A DNA stretch of 64,000 nucleotides, from positions 123,255 to 187,254 of the forward strand of contig JAKUPN010000002.1 of assembly GCA_022449545.1 (NCBI GenBank). Direction: 5' to 3'. This document shows, in pieces, positions 61,991-64,000 of the stretch (positions are counted from its first letter, which is position 1; each line of letters opens with the position of its first letter). The notes under the pieces were generated by a model. It did no database searches. It was not told the DNA's origin and saw nothing but the letters and a program-made list of their open reading frames with translations. The position numbers and the translations under genes are program-made. The stretch comes from Alphaproteobacteria bacterium (GTDB lineage: Bacteria; Pseudomonadota; Alphaproteobacteria; UBA6615).

Positions 61991-63217
61991 TTACCTCTGA
62001 CATAAAGAAGAAAGTACCATAGCGAGATCAAGTAGAGCCTCGTCTCCTCCTTCCCAACCAATAAACGATAAACCAATAGGACAATTTCTCATATTTTCAG
62101 CAGGGATGGTAACTTGAGGAAGGCCACTTAGTCCTGAAATGCATGTAAGCAAAAGAGTATTAGCACGAAAGAATTCTAACTGATCTAATGTGCTGTTCAC
62201 TTCAGGAGCTATTACGGGTGCTGTTGGGAGACATACTATTGTCCCAGGAGAGATCAGCTCTCTCAAATTCTTTTGAACGTTTTCTCGGACATTTTTGGCT
62301 GCGGAGAACTCTTCTAGGCTAATATTTGCAGCCATTTTGAATCGCTCTTTAATGCCAGGCCCCAAATTTGGTTTATTTTTTTCTACCCATGGTAAGTTAG
62401 TGTTTCTAACTTCATACGCCTGAATTATTTTGAAAGCATCTGACCATTTATCAAGTTCTCCCGATGCAATTTTTATATCTAATCTGATGGGTAAAAAATC
62501 TGAGGCGTTTTTTAAAAAACTCTTTAAGGTTTTAGAGACTTCAGGATCCGTCTTACTAAAGCAATCTTCTGCAACTAAAACTTTATTAACTTCTCCACCA
62601 GATATTCTTTTATCAAGGAGAACGGAGCCTACCGTCCGAAATAAATGTGCATCGTTAGCAAACCATCCTGCTGTATCAAAGCTAGGGGCCATCGGGCGTC
62701 CTCCGGCCAAATCAACCCTTCCGTGAGTTGGCCTAATTCCATAAAGTCCGCAAAAAGAAGCTGGTATTCGCACAGATCCCCCTGTATCGCTTCCAAGAGA
62801 TATGTCACATAATTCTGCTGCTAAGGCCGCAGCAGATCCAGAAGAGGATCCTCCTGGCAGTCGTCCTATGGCACGCAAGTTTTTGGGAGTTCCATAATGT
62901 GCGTTAGCACCAGTTAGACTATAGAAAAACTCGTCGCAAATCGAAATGCCAACTATATCTGCACCTGCTTCTAAAAGCCTTTCTACAGCTTTAGCAGTTG
63001 TTTTGGCGGGTTTAGCCTTATCCAAGAAGTCGGGGCTACCATTTCCAGTTTTACGTCCTGAAATGTCATAGAGGTCTTTTATTATTAATGTTTTTCCAAC
63101 AAGAGGTCCGTTCTCAGAACCTAAGATTGGCTCTGTTATATTATGTGGGACTAAGCAACCAACATTATCAGAGGGTACAACGACCTTGTTTTTATAATCT
63201 TTTGTATGTTTTTTCAT
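61991..63217 (-). CDS. amidase (amidase-signature family), third paralog
   Basis: It carries GGSSSGSAAALAA and GSDTGGSVRIPASFCGLYGIRPTHG. Confidence 0.8.
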   Translation of the reverse strand: MKKHTKDYKNKVVVPSDNVGCLVPHNITEPILGSENGPLVGKTLIIKDLYDISGRKTGNGSPDFLDKAKPAKTTAKAVERLLEAGADIVGISICDEFFYSLTGANAHYGTPKNLRAIGRLPGGSSSGSAAALAAELCDISLGSDTGGSVRIPASFCGLYGIRPTHGRVDLAGGRPMAPSFDTAGWFANDAHLFRTVGSVLLDKRISGGEVNKVLVAEDCFSKTDPEVSKTLKSFLKNASDFLPIRLDIKIASGELDKWSDAFKIIQAYEVRNTNLPWVEKNKPNLGPGIKERFKMAANISLEEFSAAKNVRENVQKNLRELISPGTIVCLPTAPVIAPEVNSTLDQLEFFRANTLLLTCISGLSGLPQVTIPAENMRNCPIGLSFIGWEGGDEALLDLAMVLSSLCQR

Positions 63218-63334
63218 ATGTTCTCTGCTAGATAATTAATCTCATATTCTGACTGTGTGTTTGTTCTTTTATCTCTATTATACTAAATCATTTGTACATG
63301 TACTTAAAAGCTACAACATAACATGGAGATTCTA

Positions 63335-64000
63335 ATGTCGGTGTTATCTAGCGAGAATATAATTTTGGTTGAACGGACTGATAATATAGTCACTGTCATC
63401 TTAAATAGGCCTGATAAGTTAAACGCCTTAAATAAAGCTATGTGGCATCGTCTTGCAGACGTCATGAACGAACTTAATGACGATCAGTCTATACGATGCG
63501 TCATATTACGAGGGGCGGGTGATAAGGCTATGGGACCAGGAGCTGATATTTCAGAATTTGAGTCCGAAAGGAGTGACTCCATTAAAGCAGCGGAATATGG
63601 GGCCCTTATGCATCGATCTATGGCTAGTATCCGTGAGTGTCAACATCCAGTTGTTGCCCTTATAAAAGGACTGTGTGTTGGAGGAGCGCTTGAATTGGCT
63701 CTTATGTGTGATTTGCGAATATGTGGTAAGAGCTCCAAATTTGGGATCCCGATAAACCGTCTAGGCCTTGTTATGTCACACCCCGAAATAGAGGCCTTGG
63801 TCGGGTTAGTGGGTCGATCGATAGCCCTTGAAATTTTATTTGAAGCGAGAATATTTGATTCTGAAGAAGCAAAAATAAAAGGGTTAGTAAATAAAGTTGT
63901 CCCGGACAATGAGGTTGAGGCGGAGGTTCATGAAACGGCTCTACGTATTTCTGAGGGTGCGCCGTTAGTTAATCGATGGCATAAAAAGTTTGTAGACCGT
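63335..64000 (+). CDS. enoyl-CoA hydratase/isomerase (crotonase) family protein, partial (runs off window)
   Basis: It starts at the ATG at 63335, after a GGAG RBS. The product has the crotonase oxyanion-hole pattern (DISEF, LCVGGALELALMCDLRI). Confidence 0.8.
   Translation, partial: MSVLSSENIILVERTDNIVTVILNRPDKLNALNKAMWHRLADVMNELNDDQSIRCVILRGAGDKAMGPGADISEFESERSDSIKAAEYGALMHRSMASIRECQHPVVALIKGLCVGGALELALMCDLRICGKSSKFGIPINRLGLVMSHPEIEALVGLVGRSIALEILFEARIFDSEEAKIKGLVNKVVPDNEVEAEVHETALRISEGAPLVNRWHKKFVDR

Noticed and set aside
1-64000. Mobile elements, CRISPR arrays, defence systems, prophage genes
   Set aside because: No transposase, integrase, Cas, restriction or phage structural signatures were found in any frame. 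There are no direct-repeat arrays.

Overview
This 64 kb window looks like chromosomal DNA from an AT-rich (about 40-43% GC by eye) marine-type alphaproteobacterium. The main support is the conserved housekeeping block dapF-mtaB-ftsY / ffh-rpsP-rimM-trmD-rplS-leuC-(RDD)-leuD-leuB-asd, together with long acidic C-terminal tails on S16 and L19. Coding density is high and almost entirely metabolic. I found no transposases, integrases, CRISPR arrays or obvious phage-defence genes. The most interesting content is a compact selenium-utilisation locus at about 5.7-15.3 kb. It contains selA and selB as an overlapping operon and a tRNA-Sec (UCA anticodon, 8-bp acceptor stem) that is missing from the ORF track. 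The tRNA sits 30 nt upstream of a selD gene fused to an N-terminal FAD/NAD(P) oxidoreductase domain. Convergent on the selD fusion is a candidate selenoprotein of the GrdB (selenoprotein B) family. Its gene is split in the ORF track by an in-frame TGA that gives a U-x-x-C motif and is followed by a GC-rich SECIS-like hairpin. A second notable unit is a predicted NrtR regulator immediately upstream of nadA-nadB-nadC, with a 21-bp palindrome overlapping a -10-like box in front of nadA. The rest of the window is catabolic and central-metabolism genes. These include CoA-transferase A/B with an acyl-CoA dehydrogenase, two lone xanthine-dehydrogenase-family molybdopterin large subunits, tandem amidohydrolase-2 genes, three amidase paralogs with an Lrp regulator, thiolase, an acyl-CoA synthetase, crotonase, glycerol kinase and pgk. 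All functional calls rest on motif and family recognition from the translated ORFs; no database search was run.
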